This document shows, one piece after another, positions 31,448-43,400 of a DNA stretch of 64,000 nt. Every line of letters begins with the position of its first letter. Within the stretch, counting starts at the first letter, position 1. Position numbers and translations under genes: made by a program. A model generated the notes under the pieces. The model made no database searches, had not been told where the DNA came from, and worked only from the letters and a program-made list of their open reading frames with translations. The stretch comes from Babesia bigemina. Lineage: Eukaryota. Where the stretch lies: contig NC_027219.1 in the NCBI RefSeq assembly GCF_000981445.1, positions 806,001 through 870,000 on the forward strand. The letters run 5' to 3'.

Positions 31448-34400
31448 ATGGCGTGGATTTGGAGAGATCCCAGCTTCATGGAGCTGTGCTGTGACCAGCA
31501 CTTTGCGTTCAATGCAGGCACAGTTATCCCAACGCAGCGGATATCCGCGCAGAGCAGCCTCAACAACTCCACGAAGCTCCTGCAGAGGATCATAAACAAA
31601 ACTCTAGAGAAAAGCGGCGAACTGGTCTCGCCGCAAATGCATTCGGCGCTGCTCAAGGCGAAGGAGTCTATCAGCGTCATCGATTCAGCGCTATGGCAGC
31701 ACCTCCTGGACTCCACATACGCAGCGAGGGGTGGCGATTTCACCATGCTCCACAGGTTCATCTTCGGACTGCTGACGCGCCTCAAGGACCTGCCCAACGA
31801 CAGCTGGTTCCTAATTCCCGGAGGAGTCAGGCTATCGGACGAAACACCCATGGACTGGACGGGATATGCGGTGTACAAGCTCCCGCAATCCTCGGGCTAC
31901 GTGTTCGGCGTCATCAACACGGGTGGGCCCGGGCTCAAGTACCATTCCTTCAAGCTCGACCGTTATACGAAGATGGGGATCTTGCAGAGGGATTCGGGTG
32001 TGATGCTTAAGGACGTCGACCCCGAGCGACTGCTGCACAGTGCGTTCTGGTTCGCCTTGTTTCGGCTGATGTATGCACCGAGCCTACACAACTACGAATA
32101 TCTCTACGAGGTGCTCCTGCCTTACCTAAACTCGAAGCCACTTATGCTCAACTGGAAGCTGGAACCCCAGTCACAGGTGCGTTCGGATAGCGTGGAGGAA
32201 AAGCAGCGTTCCGCCGGCAGCTCGGCGAAGAAGGTGCTGATCGAGGCCTTCACTAAACTGAGCAAGGACCACGGCAGCAAGGTGCAAAAGAGTGATTCGA
32301 CCAAGGATATGCTGTTCGAACTCTCCAGCAACTATGGTGGTGTGTGGATGGACGCTCCGGTCAACGAGTACAAGCCCAACTCGATGACCCGGATGATCAT
32401 GGCATATGTCGAACTCGTGCTTCGCAAGGACGAGAATAACGACACCGAGGTGCGAATGGTGCACATAATGTTCCAGCTCAGTCTTTGCCTGCTCATCGAC
32501 CAGGACCTGGACGCACTTACGGAAAAGGACCTCCAGGCGGCCCAGCTTAGCATCCGCAGCTCATCGCTTTTTGTGGAAATAGCGTGCAAACGGCTCGCGG
32601 TGATGCTAGCTGAGGAGTCATTGCAGGGGTCGCAAAAAGACAACCTCGTCGACGTCGACAGTAACGCTGAGGAGTTCTCCCTTCAGGCGGCAGCCGCCAT
32701 GTCCAGCCTGGTGGGGTCCACGAACAGCCCATTCCCCAGCGTAGCAAAGGCAGCGGGTTCACTCGGTCTTCAGGGAGAACGGTTTCACTACGACGCGTCT
32801 TCACCTCTGCAGAACGTATCGGAACTCTACAAACTGGCTGCGTGTGTAATCGGCAAGGTGTACGGTAACCTGCAGGCCAAGCTGCCACCGAAGGCCCTAG
32901 GTATGGGTCAGGGGTCATGCACCATCGACAGGAAGTTGTGCGCCCAAACTACGGACATCACCCTCAATTGCGAATTCGCAAATTTCGGCAACTTCAGGTT
33001 AGACGGGCCTAATGTCAATGAACTGGCCAAGGGCTCCGTTAGGTCACAGCTGCTGCTGCCAGTCGAAATGACGAGCGTCGAAATGCCCGTGAACAACTTC
33101 AACGATGTTTGCAAGGTGCTTAGGAGATGTGTGGAAGCGTGCACCCTCCTTTCCAACCAGCGAGACGCCATATCGTACTCATACGCATGGCGGTTCCAGC
33201 TCATCAGGCATGTGCTTTTCGAGGTGCTGCCACTGCCGTTGCCTATACCGATACGGAACGAGGACGGTTCTATGCCAGCTCCCGGTCAGGTGATGTGTTT
33301 CTGGGCCAACGGCGACATTGAGCAAGAGACACAGGTGGACATTCTGCGGCTCCTGCAGATGTTGGCTAGGCACGTGGCGGTCACATACTGCTCGCTTATC
33401 AGAACCCGCACCATTGAAGGTGAAAAGGCTATCATGTTGGGAGCGATTTGTGCCATCACGGACGCGGTCATCCGTAAAGTGGCCGTTGACACGCCCAGCC
33501 ACGTCGCCCTGCTTTACTCAGGCAAGGGCAACGGGCCTATCAGCCCATTCGGGTTCACGCTCGGTAACTTCGCTCTCGAGAGCTGCTACTACAGCCTGAC
33601 TGACCCCCTGGCGGTCATTGCCCGTACACAGGTTCTGGATTACTTCGAGTCCGTGGAACGTATGCTTGGTCCCAAGCATCTCGTTTTTGACTGGGAGAGC
33701 GGGCTGGAAATCGGCAAGGGAGATGAGCTCCTTATCCATCTTGTCGCACTACAGCTCGGGTTCCATCGCAATGAGGACGATATCCGCAAGTACTACGTCT
33801 GCGAGAGCAAGGAATTTGCGGCCATCTTCCCCGAATTTGCGTACCTCAGGGATATCGTATTCATCTCCAAGTCCCTTGGGTGGTCCGGTCCTATTGTGCC
33901 CACCTCCAGGTACTCGCTCGAGGACGCCACACTAAAGTGGTCAGTGGCAACCAGCGGTGCAACTGCCTCGCTCTCGGTTAAGGCGTTCGGAAAGCAACTG
34001 AAGGTTACGTCCATCGGCAAGGTCCGCAGCTTCGATGAGCACAACCAGACCTACTACAGGAAAATGATGAAGTGGTTCGTCACCTCCAGCAACACTAAGT
34101 CGCCTACCAGCGCTGCCGATGCGCACAACCTGGTTAACGACTGCGAGATTGCGAATGAGACTGATGTGCTCCACCTGCAGACATTGCCAGACTACGGAGG
34201 TAACCTGGGTCGCCGCGATTCGGAGCTGCTCCTGCAGTACCTCACTGCGTCGTATGTGCGTATACCGCTCATCATGCAGTTCTTCGCCAGCGAGGCGAAC
34301 CTGCACGCCGTTGCGTCGGCACCCCTGCAGAAGGTTGTCATGGCCTCGGTCTTCGAACCTGGCCTTTGGAAGAGCAGGGCAAACGACAACGTCTACCCGC

Positions 34401-37400
34401 AAATGGCCCCGGTTCAGGAAGCCGATGTGCTCTCTACACCCCTGGGGCTGTTGTTTAACGAGATATACTTCTCGGGGAGCTGCGTGCTGCTCTCGATCGA
34501 ACAAATGCTCGAGCTTGCGCTTGAGCGTGACAACTGTGTCTTCCTAGGCGACGCATCTAAGGTGCTGCCGTTCGCAGTCAGGCTCGCCACGCATGTGTGC
34601 TACTACGTCTTCCAGGCAACTTCGCACTACAGGTTCACGGAGGCGGAGCATGCCGAGCACTCGGATAAGAAGCGCGTGTGTGGCAGCGGATGGCGCAGCA
34701 ACGTGCGCGGTCTCAAGTTGCAGTCGGAAGCTGCGTGCTTGGAACTAGAAGCGTTCCAGAAACGCATGCGTGCGCTGATGATGGAGGCCGCAAAGGCGCT
34801 TAAAAAGCGTGCCGTGAAGGCCGCCAGGGCGAACGAGCAGAACGCTGCGGCACTCGCTATGGCACATACAGCCCTGATCTACGGGTACGTCTTGCAGATC
34901 GACGACGCCATGAAGCAGCGTGGACTGAGTGAGCACGAGAATGAGGACGACATCCTGCTGTCGTTGGGCACAGCACTCATTTTCGTCTTCGTCCACCATC
35001 AGTTTGCCGTCGAAAGGTCGGTAAACCGCGTCGCCACCGACATAAGTGAGGATGACCCGGATAACGATGAGACCCTGTTCATGCCTGAGTTGGAGCTTTT
35101 CGGCGTTGTCCAGAACGTCAGGTCACGCTTCTTGCGCTACTTGAGGTCGAAGGGACCCGCGTGTGACGACATACTGGAGAAGCTGGTGCAGCAGGTTAGC
35201 CAGTTCGCCATGTCCGAGTCCGATGCGGCCAAACTCAGCATGGAGCTCAGCACTGGCGACAACTGGCATGAGCTGCAGTTCCCCGTGATGTCGGGGCGCT
35301 TCACCAAAGCGTCATGGGTGCACAGACAGTTTAAAAACCCCAGCTACGACGACGAGGATGAGTCTGATGTTGACGACGTGCTTATGGACAGTTACTACGT
35401 TGAGGACGACTTTGACGGCTCGGCGGCCGACAATGCGGAAGCTTCGTGGGCGTTCAGTTCACAGGTCAGAACGGGTATAGATAAAACCGGGGAGGACGCT
35501 GGCGCAGATGAGCCCGTCCCGGCGGAGAACAAGGGCATCATAAGCCAGACGAAGGACATTGTGGTCGACAACACCAAAAAGACAATGGACATGTCAGTGG
35601 CACTTGGAAAGAAGGTGTACCGCAAGCTTCGAAGGAAGGGCAAGTACGACAAAGCAGTTAGTCCCATAGAAGCGTACGAGGAATGGCTCAAGATGCGGGT
35701 TATGCAACACTGTGACATTGAGATAAACTTCCAGACATGCGAGCTCTCACTCAAAAAGAACAGGTTGCAACTCCTTGGGCAGTGGGTCAACCAGTTCCCG
35801 CACTACGTGGAGCTCCTGGGCCAGGTCAACAGGCGGTCGACGGTGCAGAGCGCCACTGTCCAGCTACACCGCAACAGGCACTGGATGCGGCTTGTTGGAC
35901 GCAAGTACAACCTTATCATGTGGGACAAGGACAATCGCGACTATGCGCTACCTCCAAAGATGACCTACAAGGCCAGCACTTGCCACAGCGGACTGGAGTG
36001 GCTGCCACCGATCCTTGATCCGTGGCTCAAACAGCATTTGCCAAAGTGGACGGTATACCTGGCAAAGACCGCACAAACTGCGGAGCTGGAGAAACCGCGT
36101 GACGAGGCTTATGTAAATCACGTACTCAAGAAACAAGGCATTGACACAGTGCGTCTGTTCGCCACCTATCAAATGTCAAGCCATCACACTGGCGAGGCTG
36201 CCGATACAGACACGGTGGCAGTCTCCGAATTCGACGGCAGCGACTTCAGCGGCATCAAGGACTGCACACGTGACTATATTCCAAACGATGATAGCACGAT
36301 CGTAAAGATCGCCAAGAACACCGTGGAGACAGTGTCGACAATTTCCGGTGTCATCACGGATGCTGCCTCAACGTTGTCGAAGCTTGGCGGCAAAGGCAAA
36401 AGCAGCAAGAGCTCGTCCCAGAATATGTCAAAACATGCGGCGGAGGTTGCCGCAGCCAACAATGCAGTGCTGCCGAAGGATGACGACGCGACCCCGACAT
36501 CCAGTTCGAAGCGCGTCGTGACCAAGGAGATTATCGTTGTTAAGGAGCCGTTGGCTATTCACGTGTTCGATCTCATTGAGGATGGTAGGACGTGGTACAG
36601 GTCTTTGTGTTACAGTTCGGACGCTACTCGGGCCTTCTGTGCCAGCCTGCCGAGATACGTGACCGTCACCGGATTGGTGGGCGGCCAGCCCGAACTCGCG
36701 GTCGGCAAGCCTTCCTGTCCCGCTCCACAACCCAAGAGTTCTCTGCTCGTTATTCGAAACACGACAAAGGAAGATAGCCTGCACGCTTCCAATTTCGTAT
36801 CAAGCAGGGAACAGTTCGTGCTGCCGGAGTGCATGAGGGGGTTGCTGCCTGACGTGCTGCTTGAGGAGTACTACTTCTGGCAGAACATCAAAACCGCCGA
36901 TATCATGGGATACCCGAAGCCCACCACCGCGGAGAGATATGCGAAAACAAGGCTCTGGATTGAACTCGTGCCCTACGGAGCGCCTGACAACACGTACTTC
37001 CAGCATGCTGCGGCCGCTGGTGTGGTTCGGCGTATGCACGCCAACGCAGACTCGCAGGATGAGTTGGAGATGCTTGTGAACCTTCAAACCCCGAAAGACG
37101 AACTCGTAGAGTCGTTAACTAAAACGTTGTTGCGTCTGGATGACCTCAGCCACATTCTTGCCTGGTCACGCGGCAAGAGCAACCGCGTCGAAGTGGTTGA
37201 ATTCGCTAGGTTGGGGCTTACATTCCGCGCCACTAGGGCAGGAGGTGGTACCAGCGGTATTATTAGGTACATGTGTGAAGAACACAACGGGCTGTTCCTC
37301 AACTACGGTGACGTATGGCAGAGCCCGCTCACGGCTGCGCTCATCCGTGGTTTGGAAAACAGCCTGTTGCTGACGGATGAAGACGGCGAACTGTACATTC

Positions 37401-40400
37401 TCGTGTCCACAGTAAGATGCCCCCTGCGTGTGTTCCCCAAAGTGCCACGAGGTAATATTTTGGCGCACGAAGTCGGGCAAATCCTCCAAGGTGTGGCATG
37501 GCCCGAGCTTATCTACGATGGTGGCAACAAAGACTGGCTGGCCGCCATCGACAGCGGTAGCCGCCACTACATGTACAAGGTGCATTCATCAAGATCGTTC
37601 CTTTTCGTGCCGACCTACGCGTCAGGTCTTTTCTTGCTCCTCAACAGATTCCTTGACAGGCAATACGAGCAGGTGTGCCGCCTCAGCAGGACGACGCTGT
37701 TCGATGACGGCAACCAAAGCAGCGAAGAAAAGGCATTCTGGGATGTCCTTGCCAAGATAGACTCCACATCCGATAAGCACCCCGACGCTTATGCGTGTAG
37801 GCTGCACCTCCTCTTGGAGGCCAGCAGACAGGGTCTTCACGTTGCCGAGGGTATTAAGCTGAAGCACCAGAAGCGTGTGACGAAGCTGCAACGCAACATC
37901 AAAACCATATTCGGCGCTGTGAAACCCTCCTCCACCCCCAAAGAGGCAGAAGAGTCCAAAATCAACTGGGTGCTTCATGAGGAGCTGCTGGGTTACGTAA
38001 CCAACCTCAGGTTCGTATCGGCCGGATGCCGTCTCTCCATTGAAGACGAAAAGGATCTCCTGAGATTATGTCAGCCCTACTTTAATCGTTTCCCGGTCCT
38101 GTCCAACAGGCTGGCCATTTTGAATTCGGTTAATCAAGCGCAGGTCTCCGTAACGGGCAGGCGATTCAGTCTAACTCAGAAAATCGAGTTGACCTTGCCC
38201 AACAAGCCCAACGTGTACAACTACGACAGCACCTGCGATAAGAGCTGTGTTGAGAGGAACATATACGTCGATGCGGCCGCCAATGTGCTGTCAAGCGTGC
38301 GCTGCAAAAGGCCGGATTCCGTTTTGTCAGGGCCTGACGCACTTGCCTATGTTGACAAGATCCTCGCTAAGGGTGTGGGACAAAGCGACTTTGTCATCGT
38401 CTATGAAATGCTTTGTGGCATCTTCCCGCTGTCAACCTTGCCGTACGAGCCCACGCATAAGTGGGGAGCGATGCTGACTCGGTTCATCGCCCACAAAGAG
38501 CAGAACACCAAGAATATCATGCTGTCGACGCTCAAGATACTTAGTACCGATATGACCTTGGGTAGCCATATGCCGCGGGTGCCGCCGGAAGTGACTCAAA
38601 AGCAGAAGTTCCCATCACTCTTCTCACGTGTTCAACAGCCGTTCCAGAAGTTCATGGGTGAGCTGCAACGTACACTCGGCAGGTTGGACGACAGAGAGCA
38701 AATCAAGTGGCCTGAGGATTACAAACGCCACCATAAGTATGAATACGTTCTCAGGATGAATGCGACCATACCGCAAGGCCACAACTTGGTGCCGTGGTCA
38801 TTCGTGCACTACGAGACCGATTACACCAGGGATACTATGGTCCTAACACCGTGCCGCGTTGGTGATGCTGTCATAGACTCGAAATTCATCTCTGCAATGG
38901 GCTCCGAGGTTCTCAAGGAGGTCATGGAGCCGCGGACGTCGGTCGAAACGGCAGAACTCACTGAAGAGCAGAAAAAGCTGCCAATTAGTCTAGACGGACA
39001 CTGGATCATGAAGTACGCGCCCGCGCGGAAGATGATGAAGCGTCTTGAGTCGGATTACGAATTCTACCTTAAAGAGGAGGCCATGGAAAACCAGAAACAG
39101 TTCACCGGTTTCACACTCGCTCATGTCGAGGCGATGGCTGAAAAGCCGGAATTACTGGCCGATGAATTCCGCAAACTCCAAACGTTGCGTGAGCGTTTGC
39201 TAGACCTGTTCAAAAGCGACGGTCAGTTCGTTGAGTCTGGTATCCGATCGGCTCTGCGCCAGTCCAACTCCATCTTGAGCAAGGACGTGTCCGACAATGC
39301 CAATGTTGACGTCATGCAGTGCTGGGGTTACATCTTTGGTAAACTGGCTGGTATCGAGTGCCTCGTGGGACTAGACCAGTTGGTGGACTGTTTGGTATCT
39401 TCAAATGGCGAGCAAAACCTGCTTATCCTTAACCCCTTCATAGACAAGCCTAAAGACGTATTGTGTCTAATGGCTGCGGTCATGCTATCGGTTAACAGGC
39501 GCTGCCTTACGGCAAAGACGATATGCCAGCTCATGTTGGTGCTCCAATCCATGAAAAAGCTGTCGCAAGGGAAACTGACCGGTGATGCGTTAGCTGCACT
39601 CAAGGTCGACATCAGCACTGCCAGCCGCACGCTCTCCAATCGGATGAACACCGCTAGGCATTACATGCAACTCATGGTGGAATCCGATAACGAGACGCAG
39701 GCAGTGCTTGATCCGCGGTTGTTGCTGTTCGAGTTCTCCGGCAACATCATCCTGCACAAAAGGCAGGTGGAGCTCGTTAGGAACTTCGTGGATTCTGCAC
39801 GCAAAGGCGAGAGCCGATGCCACCAGATGATCATGGGAGAAGGTAAGACAACAGTGGTGGGTCCGCTGTTGTCCGTGCTTCTGGCTGACGGTGAGCGTCT
39901 CTTCGTGCAAATTTGCCCGCATGAACTGTTGGAGTTCACGAGGGCTACTCTCAGGGAGAAATTCTCTGCGGTTATACACAAGGGAGTGTTCACTCTGCGG
40001 TTTAGCAGGTTTGACAGCGCTACACCTGAACTCTACCTCAAGTTGCTGCAAGCCAAGCAGACCAGGTCGGTGGTCATATGCACCCCCACGAGTATCAAGT
40101 CGATATTCCTGAAGGTCATTTCTTGTTTCCATAAGCTTGATTCGGGCACACTGGTGAACGATTCTGCCATCAAACGGATCAACCACCTGCATCAGAGGCT
40201 TGTCAAGATCTGGAACATGAAGGGAACTTCCAAGCTGATCCCATCAACAGTGAGCAAGGAGAAAGACAAGGGCAAAGACAAATCCAAAGAGAAAGAAGCT
40301 GAAAAGGATAAAGAGCAAATTAAGGACAAAGAAAACACGTACCGCGCCGTTCAACTTGAGCTCGACATGTGCCTACGCATCCTCGAGTTGTTCGCCAGCG

Positions 40401-43400
40401 CCGTCGTGCTCATGGACGAAATCGATCTGCTTTTGCACCCCTTGAAGAGTGAGTTGCATTGGCCCATCGGAGAAAAAAAGCCGCTGGTGCATTTGCGCAG
40501 CTCGGATCACAACATCAGGTGGCTGCTGCCCTGGTACATGCTCAGGGTCATGGTGCACAACACCAAGGAGCAGATTTCGAAGCACGAAACGGTTCTTCTG
40601 GAGCGTATCCAGCTTTGCTTCAGCGAAGGTGTTGTAGGATGCCACGTCAGTCAGTCGCCGCATCTCGTGCTGCTCAACCAGCAGTGGTACTTCGGTGAGA
40701 TGCTGCCGCTCATGGCTGAGTGGGTTGCAATGTATCTGAAGAAACACCAGCTCGTCGTGGAGACGTCGCAGCAATGCGTCGACTATCTCACCACCGGCAT
40801 GCCAACAGCTGCCTTGCAGTCTGTTGAGGTGCTCAGCTGTGCAAAAGAGTGGCTGTGGTCCACCTTCCCACATGTCATTTCCAGGGTCAACCTGGTTAAC
40901 TATGGTGTTCTGAGCGTCAAGCAGTTGGAGGAAATATTGCTGATCAACCCCAACACGCCGCAGTCGAGACGTATGCTCGCTGTGCCATTCGTTGGAAAAG
41001 GTACGCCGAGCAAATACTCCGAATTCTCGCATCCGGATGTGCTCATCGGATTCACGATCTTGGCTTATCTCTACCAGGGTCTCAGGAGGTCAGATTTCGT
41101 TCTGGCTCTCAGGCACCTGGCGCAACAGTTCTACGAGGAGCCGGGTCACTTGTCGGAGAGACAGGCGTACAAAACGTTCAACAGATGGGTGCTGAGTGCT
41201 GGTGGAAGTCTCAGGGAATCGAAGCGCAAGTCCACTAGGCAATACCACTACCTGTGCGACATTACGGACGAGCATATATTTAACCCAGTTGAATACGTGG
41301 ATCGTGCAGCCGATATATGGACCCTGGACGTTGTCAATGTTTACGATGAGGAGCAGCTAGATGTCTTGTACAACCTGCTGAAGAACGACGGTCTCGTTAT
41401 CGAGTACTTCCTGTGCAACGTTCTCTTCCCTGAGGCCATGGAGCACACCACCCTGCAGCTCACAGCCAGTGCCATGGAACTCGGAAGCTCTATGTTGTTC
41501 CCCATTAGGTTAGGTTTCTCTGGAACGCCCTCGCAGCTGCTGCCCGTGGAAATGGGTAAATGCCACTACAGCGAGGGTACCGATGGCATGATTCTCAAGA
41601 TACTCACCGACGATAACGTGGTCAAGGGGCCCACGATATTGCAAAAGGGGTGGACCAGTGAAACAATTCTGGATTTGGTGGCTAAGAGCCCTCTTAAACC
41701 GCTGGCTCTAATTGACACCGGTGCGCTCATTACGAGCCTCAGCAACTTGCAAGTGGCGCAGGAGCTACTTAAGCGTGGTCTAGATCACGTTGATGGTGTT
41801 GTATATCTTGACGACATGGACAGGCAGATGGTGCTTCTGCGTGACCGTTGGCGTAGCACACTGCTGACGCACTGTGGTATCCCTCCCGAGCGCCGTCTGA
41901 GTTTCTACGATCAGGTGCATTCCACAGGGCAGGACATCCGACAAGCGGCGCACGCAACCGCATTCATCACGATTGGCGCTGACATGACGCTCAGGGATTA
42001 CTCGCAGGGTGCGTGGAGGATGAGAGGAATCGGTAAGGGGCAGACGCTGCACCTTATCATCCCTCGTGAAGTTGAGACCCTCATTGCAACTGACCAGAAG
42101 AATGAAAGGAGCAAGATCAAGCAATGTGTGCAATGGCTGATTGTCCGTGGTATCACAAGTGAGATGAGGTTTTCGCGGGTGCTGCTTGAGCAGTCCGTGC
42201 AGAATGTGATCCGCAAAAAGAGTTTCCAAAAACTCATCCAGAACCATCTTGGTGTGACAGAGGGTGAGGGAGACGGGCTCAAACAGTACGTCAACATATT
42301 CCGTGAAGTTAAGGACTACTCGATTCCGAATACATTCGAACCGAAACGCACGTTGAGCGAGCGCATACGCGCCTATGTCAAATTCCACAAGGTAGACGAT
42401 GCCACTCTGCAGACGTTTGTCGACACTTCCATGGTGCCCTTGAAGCTCTCCGACATCAAAGAAGTAGACCCCAAGGTCAAGAAGGCTGCACCTCTGAAGA
42501 GTACGGCTGTTGGAGACGAACTGTTTGACATCTTCGCAACGCAGGACGAAGAGTTGGATGCTGGTAGCGAAAATGACGAGCCCTATGACGAGCAGATGCA
42601 AGCCGATGCGAGCGAGCAAACCAAAGAAAGGCAGATGAAGCAGGATTATCTAGAAATGGAAAAATTGCCGTCCAGCGAGGAGATGAATTACGAGCAGGAG
42701 CACGAACAGGAAATGGAGGTGCTAGAGGAGGAGGAAGAGGAAGAAGAGGCTACACACCAAAGGCAGCAGATGAAGGAGGAGGAACACCAGGTGGAAGAGG
42801 AACTTCCAGTGCCTCATAGGTACAGCCGAAGCGAGGAGGAAATCATCAGGTGGAACCTCGAACAACTGTCCAAGGACCCCACGAGCTGCGGGTTCCTCAG
42901 TTGCAAGGACTTCTACCTTTTCAGGAAGGATGCGACGCAACTCACCATGCCCTTCCCAAACTACCTTTCTATCAGTCCCAACTTCTATAAGATCAAGTGG
43001 TCGGCTAACTCGTACCGCCGTCTGAAGAATGTTATCGTTGTAATAGACGTCACTGGCGAACTAGAAAGCGACATTTTGGCTGGTATACAGGGGGCAGATC
43101 AACAGGGTGTTGTAAGTCCACAGGCTGCGGCGGCGGCGGAGGTCGCGGCTGCGCAGAGCCAGGACATCTCAATACCACGCGGATTCAAGCGCAGAATTCA
43201 ACGCGCTTTCGAAATCCTGGGCAACATGCCAGAGAAGACAGTGTCGTTACCCGTGGCACTCAGCATCATCCGTGCCATTGATCCGGAGGAGCCTCAGGAC
43301 GGTGAACTTATATCGTCCTACATTGCAAACGAACTTGGCCGAAACGGGGCCAGGCTGGAGGAACAGTGTACGCAGCAAATGCTGCTCGATAGCATGACAT

